This document shows positions 41,848 through 51,565 of a DNA stretch of 64,000 nucleotides, piece after piece; position 1 is the first letter of the stretch; each line of letters begins with the position of its first letter. The translations under genes and the position numbers were made by a program. The notes beneath the pieces were generated by a model. That model was not told where the DNA came from and made no database searches. It worked only from the letters and a program-made list of their open reading frames with translations. Origin of the DNA: an uncultured Prevotellaceae bacterium. Its GTDB lineage: Bacteria > Bacteroidota > Bacteroidia > Bacteroidales > Bacteroidaceae. The stretch lies in NCBI GenBank assembly GCA_937891085.1, contig CALAEY010000012.1, positions 2,403-66,402 on the forward strand. Reading direction: 5' to 3'.

Positions 41848-43887
41848 GCTCAGCACTACCCTTTCGCCTAAATTCTTGGCCATTTTATTCTTCACTTCCA
41901 TAAGTGAGGAGTATTCTGTCATGATAGCATTGCATTGCTTTTCATCCTTAGAGACTTCAGGGTCTTGTAGTTGTCTACTGAGATATTTCAAACGGGCAGA
42001 TACAACGGCATACTTGAAGTTTGTTACCAGTATAGGTACCAGCTCCAACAAACGATCCTCATCATTCACCACCGTCTGGTTCTTATAATGGTATTTGCTG
42101 AGTTGATATCTGTTAGATACCAGATTCACAGCCATTCGACTGATTTCTGGATTAGCATGATTGATAAAGAAATGTTCTGAATTGAAGCCTTCGTCATCCT
42201 TATGAACCTCCGCTTCCTCTAGAATAAGCTGATAAACAGGATGATGGAACTTGAGGTCATCACGCCTAAGTTCCTGTGAGATATAGGCTATCACACTGAT
42301 TGCCTCACTTATCTCAGCCTTATCCTTTTCTTTCTCACACATCACGCGTCCACCATAGCGTACAATAATCTCTGCCAACATCCGTTCATAAGCCTCGAAC
42401 TCTTTAGTAGACTTATCAGCAACAGAAGGTGGCGTAAGTGTTTCTTCTGGAGCATGCCACTCCTCTGGAGATGGCGGAGGGACGACCTCCTCTGACTGGC
42501 CTTGTGGCTTATCTGCCACAGGTACATTCTGCCCTCTGTTACGCTCTCGCTCCTTGCGTTTAGCCTCATCATCTGCATGTTTCTCCCTGCGCTTGGCCAC
42601 CTCGCTAACCAGAATCTTGTCGTCCATCTGCAGCATCTGGGCACATTCCTTGATATAGATATCACGCACGATAGCCTCTGGGATCACAGAGATGCTCTCC
42701 ATCAAACTGCCTATGAGTTCTGCCCGCTTAATAGGATCCCTCTCTGCATCACGCATCAACAGCTTGGTCTTAAAGCGTATGAAGTCAGTCTCGTTCTGCT
42801 CTATGAACTCTTGATATTCTGTGGCATTGTGCTTACGAGCGAAAGAATCTGGATCATCCCCATCAGGCAGCAGACAGACTTTCACATTCATGCCTTCTGC
42901 CAACAACAGATCTGTACCACGAAGGGCAGCATGAATTCCAGCCTCATCACCATCATACAGCACCGTGATATTGCTAGTGAAACGATGTATCAATCTTATC
43001 TGAGCCTCTGTAAGAGCCGTACCGCTAGAAGCCACCACGTTCTCTATGCCACTCTGATGCATAGAAATCACATCCGTATATCCTTCTACCAAGAAGCAAC
43101 GGTCCTTCTTCATGATGGCCTGCTTGGCGAAATAGAGACCATAGAGGTTGTTACCCTTCGTGAAGATCTCACTCTCAGGTGAATTGACATACTTTTGTGC
43201 CACGCCCTTGGTCTCACGAGAAAGCACACGCCCACCAAAAGCCACCACCTTACCACTCAGCGTATGGAAGGGGAAGATGACACGCCCCCAGAAACGATCA
43301 CGCAAACGATGATCATCTGTCTCAAAACAGAGTCCCGTCTTGATCAGCCCATCCTTCTTATAACCACTCTTCAAGGCCTCAGTGGCCAAGGCATCACGAC
43401 TCTCCAGAGAATAGCCCAACTGGAACTTCTCAATAATATCATCCCTAAAGCCACGTCCACGGAAATAGGCCAATCCCACATTTCGCCCCTCTTCACTCTC
43501 ATGAAGCTGACGTTTGAAATAGTCACGTGCAAACTGGTTGACCGTGAACAAACCTTCTCTCTCTGATTGGCTCTGCCGTTCTTCATCAGAAAGCTCACGC
43601 TCCTGAATCTGAATATTGTATTTATTGGCTAAATAACGCAAGGCATCAGGCCATGACATCTGCTCATGCTCCATCACGAAACCTGCAGCATTACCTGCCT
43701 TTCCGCAGGCAAAACACTTGAAAATACCTTTGGCAGGTGACACGTACATGGAAGGCGTTTTGTCGTCATGAAACGGACAAAGACCCACATAGTTCACGCC
43801 TCGCTTCTTCAGCGTGACAAAGTCGGATACCACATCCACTATCTGAGCGGTATCCAGAATACGTTCTACTGTGGGTCGATCTATCAT
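41842..43887 (-). CDS. dnaG: DNA primase
   Basis: [10 protein letters not shown]...CFAC zinc finger, [24 protein letters not shown]. Confidence 0.97.
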   Translation of the reverse strand: MIDRPTVERILDTAQIVDVVSDFVTLKKRGVNYVGLCPFHDDKTPSMYVSPAKGIFKCFACGKAGNAAGFVMEHEQMSWPDALRYLANKYNIQIQERELSDEERQSQSEREGLFTVNQFARDYFKRQLHESEEGRNVGLAYFRGRGFRDDIIEKFQLGYSLESRDALATEALKSGYKKDGLIKTGLCFETDDHRLRDRFWGRVIFPFHTLSGKVVAFGGRVLSRETKGVAQKYVNSPESEIFTKGNNLYGLYFAKQAIMKKDRCFLVEGYTDVISMHQSGIENVVASSGTALTEAQIRLIHRFTSNITVLYDGDEAGIHAALRGTDLLLAEGMNVKVCLLPDGDDPDSFARKHNATEYQEFIEQNETDFIRFKTKLLMRDAERDPIKRAELIGSLMESISVIPEAIVRDIYIKECAQMLQMDDKILVSEVAKRREKHADDEAKRKERERNRGQNVPVADKPQGQSEEVVPPPSPEEWHAPEETLTPPSVADKSTKEFEAYERMLAEIIVRYGGRVMCEKEKDKAEISEAISVIAYISQELRRDDLKFHHPVYQLILEEAEVHKDDEGFNSEHFFINHANPEISRMAVNLVSNRYQLSKYHYKNQTVVNDEDRLLELVPILVTNFKYAVVSARLKYLSRQLQDPEVSKDEKQCNAIMTEYSSLMEVKNKMAKNLGERVVLSL

Positions 43888-43920
43888 AACAAGAGCAAAG
43901 ATAGTAAAAAAATGGTCTCT

Positions 43921-44694
43921 TTACAAGACATTCTTACGAATCTTTTCAAGGTATTGCTTCATGCCAGACTCGTCCTTCTGTTCGATGATCTCCAGTAATT
44001 CCTTGAGTTCCTTGCGGATGTTCTCCACCTGATGCTGCGTACGCGGATTGAAAAGAATCTCACGGAGCAGATAGTCATCTTCGTTCAGCACCCCATGAGC
44101 GATGGCCAAGTGCTTCTTGAACGTCGTACCAGGGGCATCTTGATGCTTCATCACAGCAGCAAAGACAAAGGTAGATACAAATGGGATAGACAGCGAATAG
44201 GCCACAGTCTCGTCATGTTCCTCAAATGTATATTCAAAGATGCGCAGGTTCAGCTGTTGATAGAGATCCTTGAAGAAGATGCGCCCCAAATGATCACCCT
44301 CCTTAATGATGATAGCACTCTCATTACTCAAGTTGCTCAGATTGGCAAAGGTTGGGCCGAACATCGGATGGCTGCTCACATAGCGGAAACCACTTTGCTC
44401 ATAAAACTCTTTCATGCCCGTCTTCACACTGGTGATGTCACTTAGGATGCAGTCTTTAGGGAGAAGAGGCATCACCAAGCGAAAAGCATCCAACGTATGG
44501 TTCAGAGTCACTGCATTGAGAACCAGTTCAGGAGCAAACTGCTTAATCTCCTCCACTGTCGTAAAACGATAGGTATGGTAAATGAATCTCAAACTTTGAG
44601 GATTCGTATCGAATACAGCCACCTCATGCTGGAAACTCAACACATCTGCAAAGAAGGTGCCCATCTTTCCGGCACCAAGAATCAGAATTCTCAT
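43921..44694 (-). CDS. tyrA: Prephenate/arogenate dehydrogenase
   Basis: GAGKMG, DITSVK, HPMFGP, EHD; last gene of the aromatic operon. Confidence 0.85.
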   Translation of the reverse strand: MRILILGAGKMGTFFADVLSFQHEVAVFDTNPQSLRFIYHTYRFTTVEEIKQFAPELVLNAVTLNHTLDAFRLVMPLLPKDCILSDITSVKTGMKEFYEQSGFRYVSSHPMFGPTFANLSNLSNESAIIIKEGDHLGRIFFKDLYQQLNLRIFEYTFEEHDETVAYSLSIPFVSTFVFAAVMKHQDAPGTTFKKHLAIAHGVLNEDDYLLREILFNPRTQHQVENIRKELKELLEIIEQKDESGMKQYLEKIRKNVL

Positions 44695-44703
44695 AATTCC
44701 TTA

Positions 44704-45771
44704 TTATTTATTCAATATTTCCAATTGTTGACGAACACTCTCACTATGGATTGCCTCAAAGACAATGCGTACGAACTCAGAACCCAGTCCACAGAGGGCA
44801 CCCTGAGAACCACGTTTCTCCAAAATCTCATTATAACGGCCAGTCTGTACGATAGCCATGTTGTGTTCCTTCTTATAAGTACCTATCTCACGTGCCACAC
44901 GCATACGTTTAGCTAACTCTTGGATAAGGCTTTCATCACAAGCATCTATCTGCTTTCTGAGTTCAGAAAGGCTCTCTGTGGTATAAGTCACTTCACGGAT
45001 CACAAGCAGATTTAGGATATAGTCCAAGATATCTGGAGTCACCTGTTGTGCCGCATCGCTCCATGCTGTATCTGGGGCACAGTGGCTTTCTATGATAAGG
45101 CCATCGAAGCCCATATCCATAGCTTGCTGACACAGAGGAGCTATCAGTTCACGCTTCCCACCAATATGGCTTGGATCACAGATGATAGGCAAAGCTGGGA
45201 TACGACGACGCAGTTCAATAGGAATATGCCAAAGCGGCATGTTACGATAGATCTTTTTCTCACTGGAAGTGAATCCACGATGAATGGCCGCCAGACGCTT
45301 GATGCCTGCATTGTTCAGGCGCTCCATAGCCCCTATCCAGAGTTCCAAGTCTGGATTGACAGGATTCTTCACTAGCACAGGAATATCCACCCCTTTCAGT
45401 GCATCAGCGATTTCCTGCATGGCAAAAGGATTGGCAGAAGTACGGGCACCTATCCAGAGAAGATCTATTCCTGCCTTCAATGCCGCCTCCACATGTCTGG
45501 AATTTGCCACTTCGGTAGTGACATACATACCCGTTTCAGCTTTTACACGCTTCATCCACTCCAAGCCAGGTTCTCCTACGCCCTCAAAGCCTCCTGGCTT
45601 CGTGCGTGGTTTCCAGATACCTGCCCTGAATATCTTAATTCCATTCTTTGCCAATGCGGTGGCTGTTGTCATCACTTGTTCTTCTGTCTCTGCACTGCAT
45701 GGGCCGGCTATCACCAGCGGGCGTTCTTCACTCACGCCTTGCAGTTTGATGGGTTGTAAATCTAACTCCAT
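44704..45771 (-). CDS. Bifunctional DAHP synthase / chorismate mutase
   Basis: IAGPCSAE, KPRT, IGAR, DPSH; C-terminal CM domain LRKQID...R. Confidence 0.9.
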   Translation of the reverse strand: MELDLQPIKLQGVSEERPLVIAGPCSAETEEQVMTTATALAKNGIKIFRAGIWKPRTKPGGFEGVGEPGLEWMKRVKAETGMYVTTEVANSRHVEAALKAGIDLLWIGARTSANPFAMQEIADALKGVDIPVLVKNPVNPDLELWIGAMERLNNAGIKRLAAIHRGFTSSEKKIYRNMPLWHIPIELRRRIPALPIICDPSHIGGKRELIAPLCQQAMDMGFDGLIIESHCAPDTAWSDAAQQVTPDILDYILNLLVIREVTYTTESLSELRKQIDACDESLIQELAKRMRVAREIGTYKKEHNMAIVQTGRYNEILEKRGSQGALCGLGSEFVRIVFEAIHSESVRQQLEILNK

Positions 45772-45777
45772 AATCTA

Positions 45778-46959
45778 TTATTTTAATGTTTTTATTCTTT
45801 CCAATGCCTCTTGCAGGCGCTCATCCTTGCAACAAAGGGAGATGCGGACATAGCGTTTCCCATTGCTTCCGAAGATGAATCCTGGGGTAATGAACACTTT
45901 GGCTTCATGCAGCACTCGCTCTGTCAGTTCTTCCACATCGGCATAGCTATCTGGGATCTTACCCCACAAGAACATGCCGACTTGCTTTTCATCATAGGTG
46001 CACCCCAGTGCATGCATGATCTCTCCAGCTAAAGCCCTACGACGGCGGTAGTTGGCATTGTTGCCTTCATACCAATCTGCTTCTGCTTCCAGTGCTGTGG
46101 CTGCAGCCAACTGCATGGCACGGAACATACCACTGTCTATGTTGCTCTTCACTTTCAGCACCCAACTGATGAAATCTGCATTGGAGGCCAGCATACCGAT
46201 ACGCCAACCAGGCATATTATGTGCCTTACTCATACTATTGAACTCTATGCAGCAGTCCTTGGCGCCTGGTACACTGAGGATACTCAGCGGATGATCATTC
46301 AAGATGAAACTATAAGGATTATCGTTCACAATGACGATATCTTTCTCTTTAGCGAGTCTTACCAGCCGTTCATAAAGCTCTGGTGTAGCATTCGTTCCTG
46401 TCGGCATGTGAGGATAGTTGGTCCACATCAGCTTCACCCTACTCATATCCATCTGCTCCAACTGCTCAAAATCTGGCAGCCAGCCATTCTCCTCCTTTAG
46501 GTCGTAATACGCCACCTCTGCTCCCAGAATCTTACTCAGCGATGTATAGGTTGGATAGCCTGGATTAGGCACCAGCACTTGCTCACCAGGATTGACAAAA
46601 GCAAGCGTCACATGCAGAATACCCTCTTTAGAACCAATGAGGGGCTGAATTTCTGTCTGCGGATTGAGTTCCACTCCATACCATTTACGGTACCAGTCGG
46701 AAAAACCCTGACGCAGCTCTGGAATGCCTACATAAGGCATATATCCATGACCGTTAGGATTCTTTGCCTCCTCACACAAGCGATTGATAGCCTTCTCTGA
46801 TGGTGGCATGTCCGGACTGCCAATGCCCAAGCTGATGACATCCTGCCCCTCGGCATTCATACGAGCTACCTCCTTCAGCTTTCGTGAGAAATAGTATTCA
46901 CTCACGCTGGCCAACCTATCGGCTGGCTGTATTTTAGATGCTTGATTTCCCTGCTTCAT
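45778..46959 (-). CDS. Class I/II PLP-dependent aminotransferase
   Basis: LGIGSPD, GSKEG, NYPHMPTG, SMSKAHNMPGWRIG; within the Phe/Tyr operon. Confidence 0.88.
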   Translation of the reverse strand: MKQGNQASKIQPADRLASVSEYYFSRKLKEVARMNAEGQDVISLGIGSPDMPPSEKAINRLCEEAKNPNGHGYMPYVGIPELRQGFSDWYRKWYGVELNPQTEIQPLIGSKEGILHVTLAFVNPGEQVLVPNPGYPTYTSLSKILGAEVAYYDLKEENGWLPDFEQLEQMDMSRVKLMWTNYPHMPTGTNATPELYERLVRLAKEKDIVIVNDNPYSFILNDHPLSILSVPGAKDCCIEFNSMSKAHNMPGWRIGMLASNADFISWVLKVKSNIDSGMFRAMQLAAATALEAEADWYEGNNANYRRRRALAGEIMHALGCTYDEKQVGMFLWGKIPDSYADVEELTERVLHEAKVFITPGFIFGSNGKRYVRISLCCKDERLQEALERIKTLK

Positions 46960-47776
46960 ATTCTCCAAGTATTTTAAGTTCTTTTGTCAGCGGAGTGATG
47001 GCACTCACACTTTGCTTATATCTCAAGATGTTGTTAAACTCCACATCCACATAGAACTGGTATTCCCACTCCCTGCCGATGATGGGCAACGACTGAATCT
47101 TAGTCAGATTGATTTGATAGAAAGAAAGGATGCTCAGCACTTGCGACAGACTACCTTCATGGTGCGGAAGCGTGAATACCAGACTGGCCTTATTGAAGGT
47201 GCCTTTCTGTTTCAGTTCATCAGCTTGCCACGGATCAGCCACAACCAAGAAGCGGGTGAAGTTATGCTTGTTGGTCTCTATCCCCTCTTGCATGATTTTC
47301 ATGCCATAGTATTCACCTGCTGCCTTAGAGCAGATGGCCGCATGTCCATGCAGGTTGTCCCGCTTGATGACCATCGCACTCAGAGCTGTGTCTTCCGTCT
47401 CTACTACTTTCACTTTGGGATGCCTTGCCAGAAACTCACGGCATTGCATCAGGGCTATAGGGTGAGAGTTCACTTCAGTAATGTCATCCCAGTCATCCTC
47501 AGGCAAGCATACCAAGCTATGCGAAATGCGCAGCTTATGTTCCCCCACTATCTGGACACCGCTCTGCTTCAGCAGTTCGTAGTTGTGCAAAAGGCTGCCC
47601 GCAATGGTATTCTCTATGGCGCAGAGCCCTATCACATTGCTGTCATCTTTGATGGCATCGAAGACTTCCTCGAAAGTCGAACAACATACCAGCTCCACTT
47701 CCTCATCTGGGAAGTACTGATGAGCTGCCACATCGTGGTATGAACCGATGCCTCCTTGTATCGCTATCTTCTTCAT
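46934..47776 (-). CDS. pheA: Prephenate dehydratase
   Basis: IENTIAGS, SHPIALMQC, NFTRF, NLTKIQSLP ACT domain. Confidence 0.92.
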   Translation of the reverse strand: MKKIAIQGGIGSYHDVAAHQYFPDEEVELVCCSTFEEVFDAIKDDSNVIGLCAIENTIAGSLLHNYELLKQSGVQIVGEHKLRISHSLVCLPEDDWDDITEVNSHPIALMQCREFLARHPKVKVVETEDTALSAMVIKRDNLHGHAAICSKAAGEYYGMKIMQEGIETNKHNFTRFLVVADPWQADELKQKGTFNKASLVFTLPHHEGSLSQVLSILSFYQINLTKIQSLPIIGREWEYQFYVDVEFNNILRYKQSVSAITPLTKELKILGEYEAGKSSI

Positions 47777-47787
47777 ATTTGGTCATT

Positions 47788-47820
47788 AAAAAATCCCACT
47801 CAATCAGATTGAGCGGGATT
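47788..47820 (-). terminator. Attenuator terminator upstream of pheA
   Basis: Minus strand aatcccgctcaat-ctg-attgagtgggatt-tttt ending 11 nt before the pheA ATG. Confidence 0.85.
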
Positions 47821-47865
47821 CATATGTTCTATTATTCTTTATCTCTCTGTTCTTAAGCGTCACTC

Positions 47866-47955
47866 TCACTTGACACATACAAACTCCCGCTCTACTTTCT
47901 GGCTAAAGTAAAAGTAATAAAAGAAGTAATATGCGTAAGTAAACAAGTTCTTCAT
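47866..47955 (-). CDS. Phe/Tyr-rich attenuator leader peptide MKNLFTYAYYFFYYFYFSQKVEREFVCVK
   Basis: 29-aa ORF with nine consecutive Tyr/Phe codons; contains GAGCGGGA complementary to the terminator 5' arm; TACATTTG promoter box at 47987-47980. Confidence 0.88.
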   Translation of the reverse strand: MKNLFTYAYYFFYYFYFSQKVEREFVCVK

Positions 47956-48052
47956 CGCTTCATTTTTAATAACTGGCTACAAATGTAGCACTTTTTTCTC
48001 AATCGCAAGCAAAATGCACTATTTTTTTCAAATAAACTGACATTTTTGGTCA

Positions 48053-48901
48053 TCACAGCCCTAAAACATCGCGTTTTTCCATACCTCCTATCGCATAGTT
48101 GGGCATATCCTCATTATCTATGTTCAAGGCTGCCGCTTCCTCTTCCAGCTTCTTAGCCTCTTCCTCGTTGCCCTCAGCCTTCAGGATAGCCAGCAAGCCA
48201 GTATAGGCCTCTTTGTGGAACGGATCTATTTCTATAAGGTGTCGATAGTCAGCCTTCGCCTTCTCCATATCGCCTGTAACTGTATGATAAATATGAGCAC
48301 GAAGGTAAAGAGCAGTTTCCTCTTCACTATTCAAGGCCAATACCTCTTTAATATCATCCATAGCCTGCGCTGTCTGGCTAGCTTTCAGAGAAACTTCGGC
48401 ACGCAGATTTCTGGCTTCTATGAAGTCTGGTCTCAGTTCAATGGCCTTAGTCAGTGACTCTGTTGCAGAATCCAGTTGCCCCAAAGAGTCTTCTGCCCTG
48501 CCCTGGAGGAAGTAAGCCAAAGGATTCTGCGCATCGCATTCTACTGCTTTCATGGCAGCCGTCTTCATGGCATCATATTGCTCTGTCATGTAAAGAATGT
48601 TGGTCAATGCAATGCGGACATCCACCAATTGAGGCTCCAGCTCCGTCATACGCTCCAAGACTTCCTGAGCCTCGTCCAACCTATTCAGACTGATAAGAGC
48701 AGACGACTTGAAACTCAATGTCTCAAAATCTTCTTTCAGGTTCAATGCCTCATCAAAGCAACGCAAAGCATAGTCCAAGCGCCCCATGCGCTGAGCTCTC
48801 ACGCCATCAAACTTCAGTATATCGAAGTTCTTCTCTTCCTTTCGCTGATTATCTTCCTGCTTCTCCTCACTGCCCGTGAAGAGTGACTTCCAAAATCCCA
48901 T
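48053..48901 (-). CDS. Tetratricopeptide-repeat protein
   Basis: MGFWKSLF start followed by several TPR units. Confidence 0.85.
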   Translation of the reverse strand: MGFWKSLFTGSEEKQEDNQRKEEKNFDILKFDGVRAQRMGRLDYALRCFDEALNLKEDFETLSFKSSALISLNRLDEAQEVLERMTELEPQLVDVRIALTNILYMTEQYDAMKTAAMKAVECDAQNPLAYFLQGRAEDSLGQLDSATESLTKAIELRPDFIEARNLRAEVSLKASQTAQAMDDIKEVLALNSEEETALYLRAHIYHTVTGDMEKAKADYRHLIEIDPFHKEAYTGLLAILKAEGNEEEAKKLEEEAAALNIDNEDMPNYAIGGMEKRDVLGL

Positions 48902-48926
48902 GTCTTCTTCTATTGATTATTGAACC

Positions 48927-50024
48927 TTAATGCATCTCTACCACTTTAGTGGCAGGCATCTCCAGATTTCGCTTGTCTACCTGACGGACCACTGCCGTAG
49001 CAAACTGGAGGAATGCCTGGCCAGTCATCGTATTGGCATCCAGTGCTACTGGCTCACCCGCATCCCCACTTTCGCAGATGCTCTGCACCAAAGGAATCTG
49101 TCCAAGCAAAGGCACATTCATCTCCTCAGCCAGATGCTTCACACCCTCACGACCAAAGATATAATACTTATTCTCAGGCAGTTCGGCGGGTGTAAACCAA
49201 GCCATATTCTCCACCAATCCGAGGATAGGCACATTCACCTGCTCATTCTGGAACATGTTGATGCCCTTACGCGCATCGGCCAGAGCCACTTGCTGAGGAG
49301 TGCTGACCACAATGGCACCTGTCAAGGCAATGTTCTGCACGGTAGTGAGATGAATATCGCTGGTACCGGGAGGCAAGTCTATGAGGAAATAATCCAATTC
49401 TCCCCAGTTGGCATCACCCAGAAGTTGCTTCAAGGCATTGCTTGCCATACCACCACGCCACAGAGTTGCCTGATCAGGATCAACGAAGAAACCTATAGAG
49501 AGCAACTTGATGCCATACTTCTCCACAGGGACGATGAGGTCACGCCCATTGATATGCTCAGCATAGGGACGGGCATCTTCTACATGAAACATCTTAGGCA
49601 TAGAAGGACCGAAGATATCAGCATCGAGCAGACCAACCTTGAAGCCCAGCTTCGTGAGGGCAATGGCCAGATTGGCAGCTACCGTGCTCTTTCCTACGCC
49701 ACCCTTACCGCTGGAGATGGCGATGATATTCTTCACGCCAGGCAGCATCTCTCCTGCCTTTGGAGGAGGTGCCTGACGACTCTCTGTGGTGATATTTACC
49801 TGTACCTCAGGAGACACATAGGTATGAATAGCCGTCTCAGCCGCCTTCACCACTGAGCGCATGAAAGGATCGGTACTTTTTTCAAATACCAATGAAAAAC
49901 TCACAGACATGCCGTCGATTCTCATATTATCGGCCAGCACACCTGCTTCAATCAGATTTTTCCCACTTCCAGGATAGCGCACTGTCTGCAGTGCCTCTTT
50001 TATCAGATTTGGATAAAGTGTCAT
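48927..50024 (-). CDS. Mrp/NBP35 (ApbC) Fe-S carrier ATPase
   Basis: SGKGGVGKST, DADIFGPS, DLPPGTSD, VENM. Confidence 0.93.
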   Translation of the reverse strand: MTLYPNLIKEALQTVRYPGSGKNLIEAGVLADNMRIDGMSVSFSLVFEKSTDPFMRSVVKAAETAIHTYVSPEVQVNITTESRQAPPPKAGEMLPGVKNIIAISSGKGGVGKSTVAANLAIALTKLGFKVGLLDADIFGPSMPKMFHVEDARPYAEHINGRDLIVPVEKYGIKLLSIGFFVDPDQATLWRGGMASNALKQLLGDANWGELDYFLIDLPPGTSDIHLTTVQNIALTGAIVVSTPQQVALADARKGINMFQNEQVNVPILGLVENMAWFTPAELPENKYYIFGREGVKHLAEEMNVPLLGQIPLVQSICESGDAGEPVALDANTMTGQAFLQFATAVVRQVDKRNLEMPATKVVEMH

Positions 50025-50105
50025 ATACTCAATTTCGTTATAGTCTGGCAAAGATAGTGTTTTTCAGCGAAAGCACACCATCTGCACTACAAAAACTTGT
50101 TAAGC

Positions 50106-50358
50106 CTCTGCTTCGCATTTTAGGCCTCACACTTCACAGATGGCATCTATAAACCTGTATTTCAATCGTTTAAGGGCGTGAAGTGTGCTCACTGACACTT
50201 CACAACTCTTCACGCTTTTGACTTTAAACCTGATTTTTGTTGACTCTGCTGCGAAGTGTTGTGAAGTGTTTTCGTCAACACTTCACACTCGTTACTCGCT
50301 GTCTATTAGACAGTTAAGAGGCCTCTGTGAAGTGTGAAGACTAAAACAGAGAGCAGAG
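50106..50358. repeat. ~250-bp nested inverted repeat of CACTTCAC/GTGAAGTG units
   Basis: 50127-50140 is the reverse complement of 50324-50337, and 50195-50206 of 50258-50269; each arm is itself a hairpin. Confidence 0.82.
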
Positions 50359-50636
50359 CCTTCAGTTAGTGGCGCTAAAGCGGTGGTTTAGGGTACCTAA
50401 ATGGCTGATCAGTGATGCTAAGTGGCAGCTCTAGAAAGACGAAGTTACGGCTCGCTGCCTTTGAAGTTACGGCAATCTAAGCCTTAGATTACGTTTCGTC
50501 TTTTTTGCGCCTGTGCACAGAAAAAATTGTACCTACGCATAGGCGCAAATATTCCCTAACGTACAAAAATTTATTTTGTAACTAGGAAAAAATATTTTCC
50601 TAACTGGCGCGTAAAAAATTCCCAACTGGCGCATAA

Positions 50637-50867
50637 TTAGAAAGTTTTATAGGGTATGCGCAGATGTTGTCCACGCAACTCGTCAAGTTTCTTCTGGTCA
50701 AGGGGTCCCTCATTCCACATCTTGTCAATAGCTTTCTGGGCTCGCTCTGCAAAAAAGAGTGAGAGTGTGAGCCGCAGTGCATCAAGATCCTCCTGCGACG
50801 TAACATTTGCCGCTGCGTTCATGAGTTCCAATTGAGCCTTTTCTGAGTAGCTCATAAGTTTTTTCAT
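50637..50867 (-). CDS. Small protein resembling Bacteroidales antitoxins that precede PIN toxins
   Basis: AQLELM...DL..L...LSLFFAERAQ..IDKMW..G.LDQ...HLRIPY pattern, recognised from memory; no toxin ORF adjacent. Confidence 0.6.
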   Translation of the reverse strand: MKKLMSYSEKAQLELMNAAANVTSQEDLDALRLTLSLFFAERAQKAIDKMWNEGPLDQKKLDELRGQHLRIPYKTF

Positions 50868-51025
50868 TTAGATATCCATTGCAAAAATTGAATGGATTTT
50901 ACTTATCCCTGACAGAAGTTGAATGTTTAGATGAACCACCATTTTTGGATAAGATTCATTTACAAGGAAAAGATTTAGGCTACCATGTTTTTCTATTTCC
51001 AAATCTTTTCTTTACATTTGCAAAT

Positions 51026-51103
51026 GTATCGGATAGTCGTCCATATTTGAGACACTTGAAGAAGCTGGTAAGACTACCTTAAAGAAGGTACCGATACTTT
51101 TTT
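51026..51103 (+). ncRNA. Candidate small structured RNA
   Basis: TACATTTG box at 51013-51020; GTATCGG/CCGATAC closing stem, TAGTC/GACTA and CCTT/AAGG inner stems, then T6. Confidence 0.45.
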
Positions 51104-51116
51104 GTGGAATTAATAA

Positions 51117-51274
51117 TCCATGTGGTGATAAGTTCCTAAAGGCTTAATAGCGTTCCTTAAATGGTGTTTTATGCAACAAATCAAAGATATTTCTTTCAAA
51201 AATACGATGATTATGTCTATTACAGGCTGTCTTAGATGACACATTTTAGGTTTAGGAACTTATCACCACACGGA
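51117..51274. repeat. Inverted repeat (20 bp perfect, 24 bp with one mismatch) enclosing 110 bp
   Basis: 51121-51140 tgtggtgataagttcctaaa is the reverse complement of 51251-51270. Confidence 0.88.
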
Positions 51275-51501
51275 GAAATATTTTTCCTTAGTTAGAGAAA
51301 ACTTTTTCCTGTGCACAGGAAAAAGTGTTGGTGTGCACACGCGCAAATCATAGGCTGGGTAGTAGCAAAACGAGGGTTTGCCGTAACCAACGAAGCACTT
51401 TGCCGTAACCTAAGTACTAGAATGTGCGTTTTACCCACACTCCTACACCAGACAGTTTTAACATGCTGATTATAAGAGCTTTGAGTGGGTGTAGGTAAAA
51501 T

Positions 51502-51540
51502 AAAAAGCCATCCACTCCCAAGGTCTGGGAATGAATGGCT
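51502..51540 (-). terminator. Terminator after lutC
   Basis: Minus strand agccattcattccca...tgggagtggatggct followed by a T-run. Confidence 0.7.
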
Positions 51541-51565
51541 ATGTATTAGAACAATTCTACTATTC

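Larger units (their letters stand above)
50430..51422. mobile_element. Putative non-autonomous cassette bounded by degenerate ~150-170-bp inverted repeats
   Basis: Mirrored motifs: GTTACGGC x2 (50444, 50466) vs GCCGTAAC x2 (51380, 51402); 50504-50519 vs 51332-51347 (15/16); 50579-50598 vs 51276-51294; mobility is inferred only. Confidence 0.4.

Noticed and set aside
50879..51082. 67-aa TTG-start ORF
   Set aside because: Runs across promoter boxes and the candidate sRNA; no recognisable protein features.
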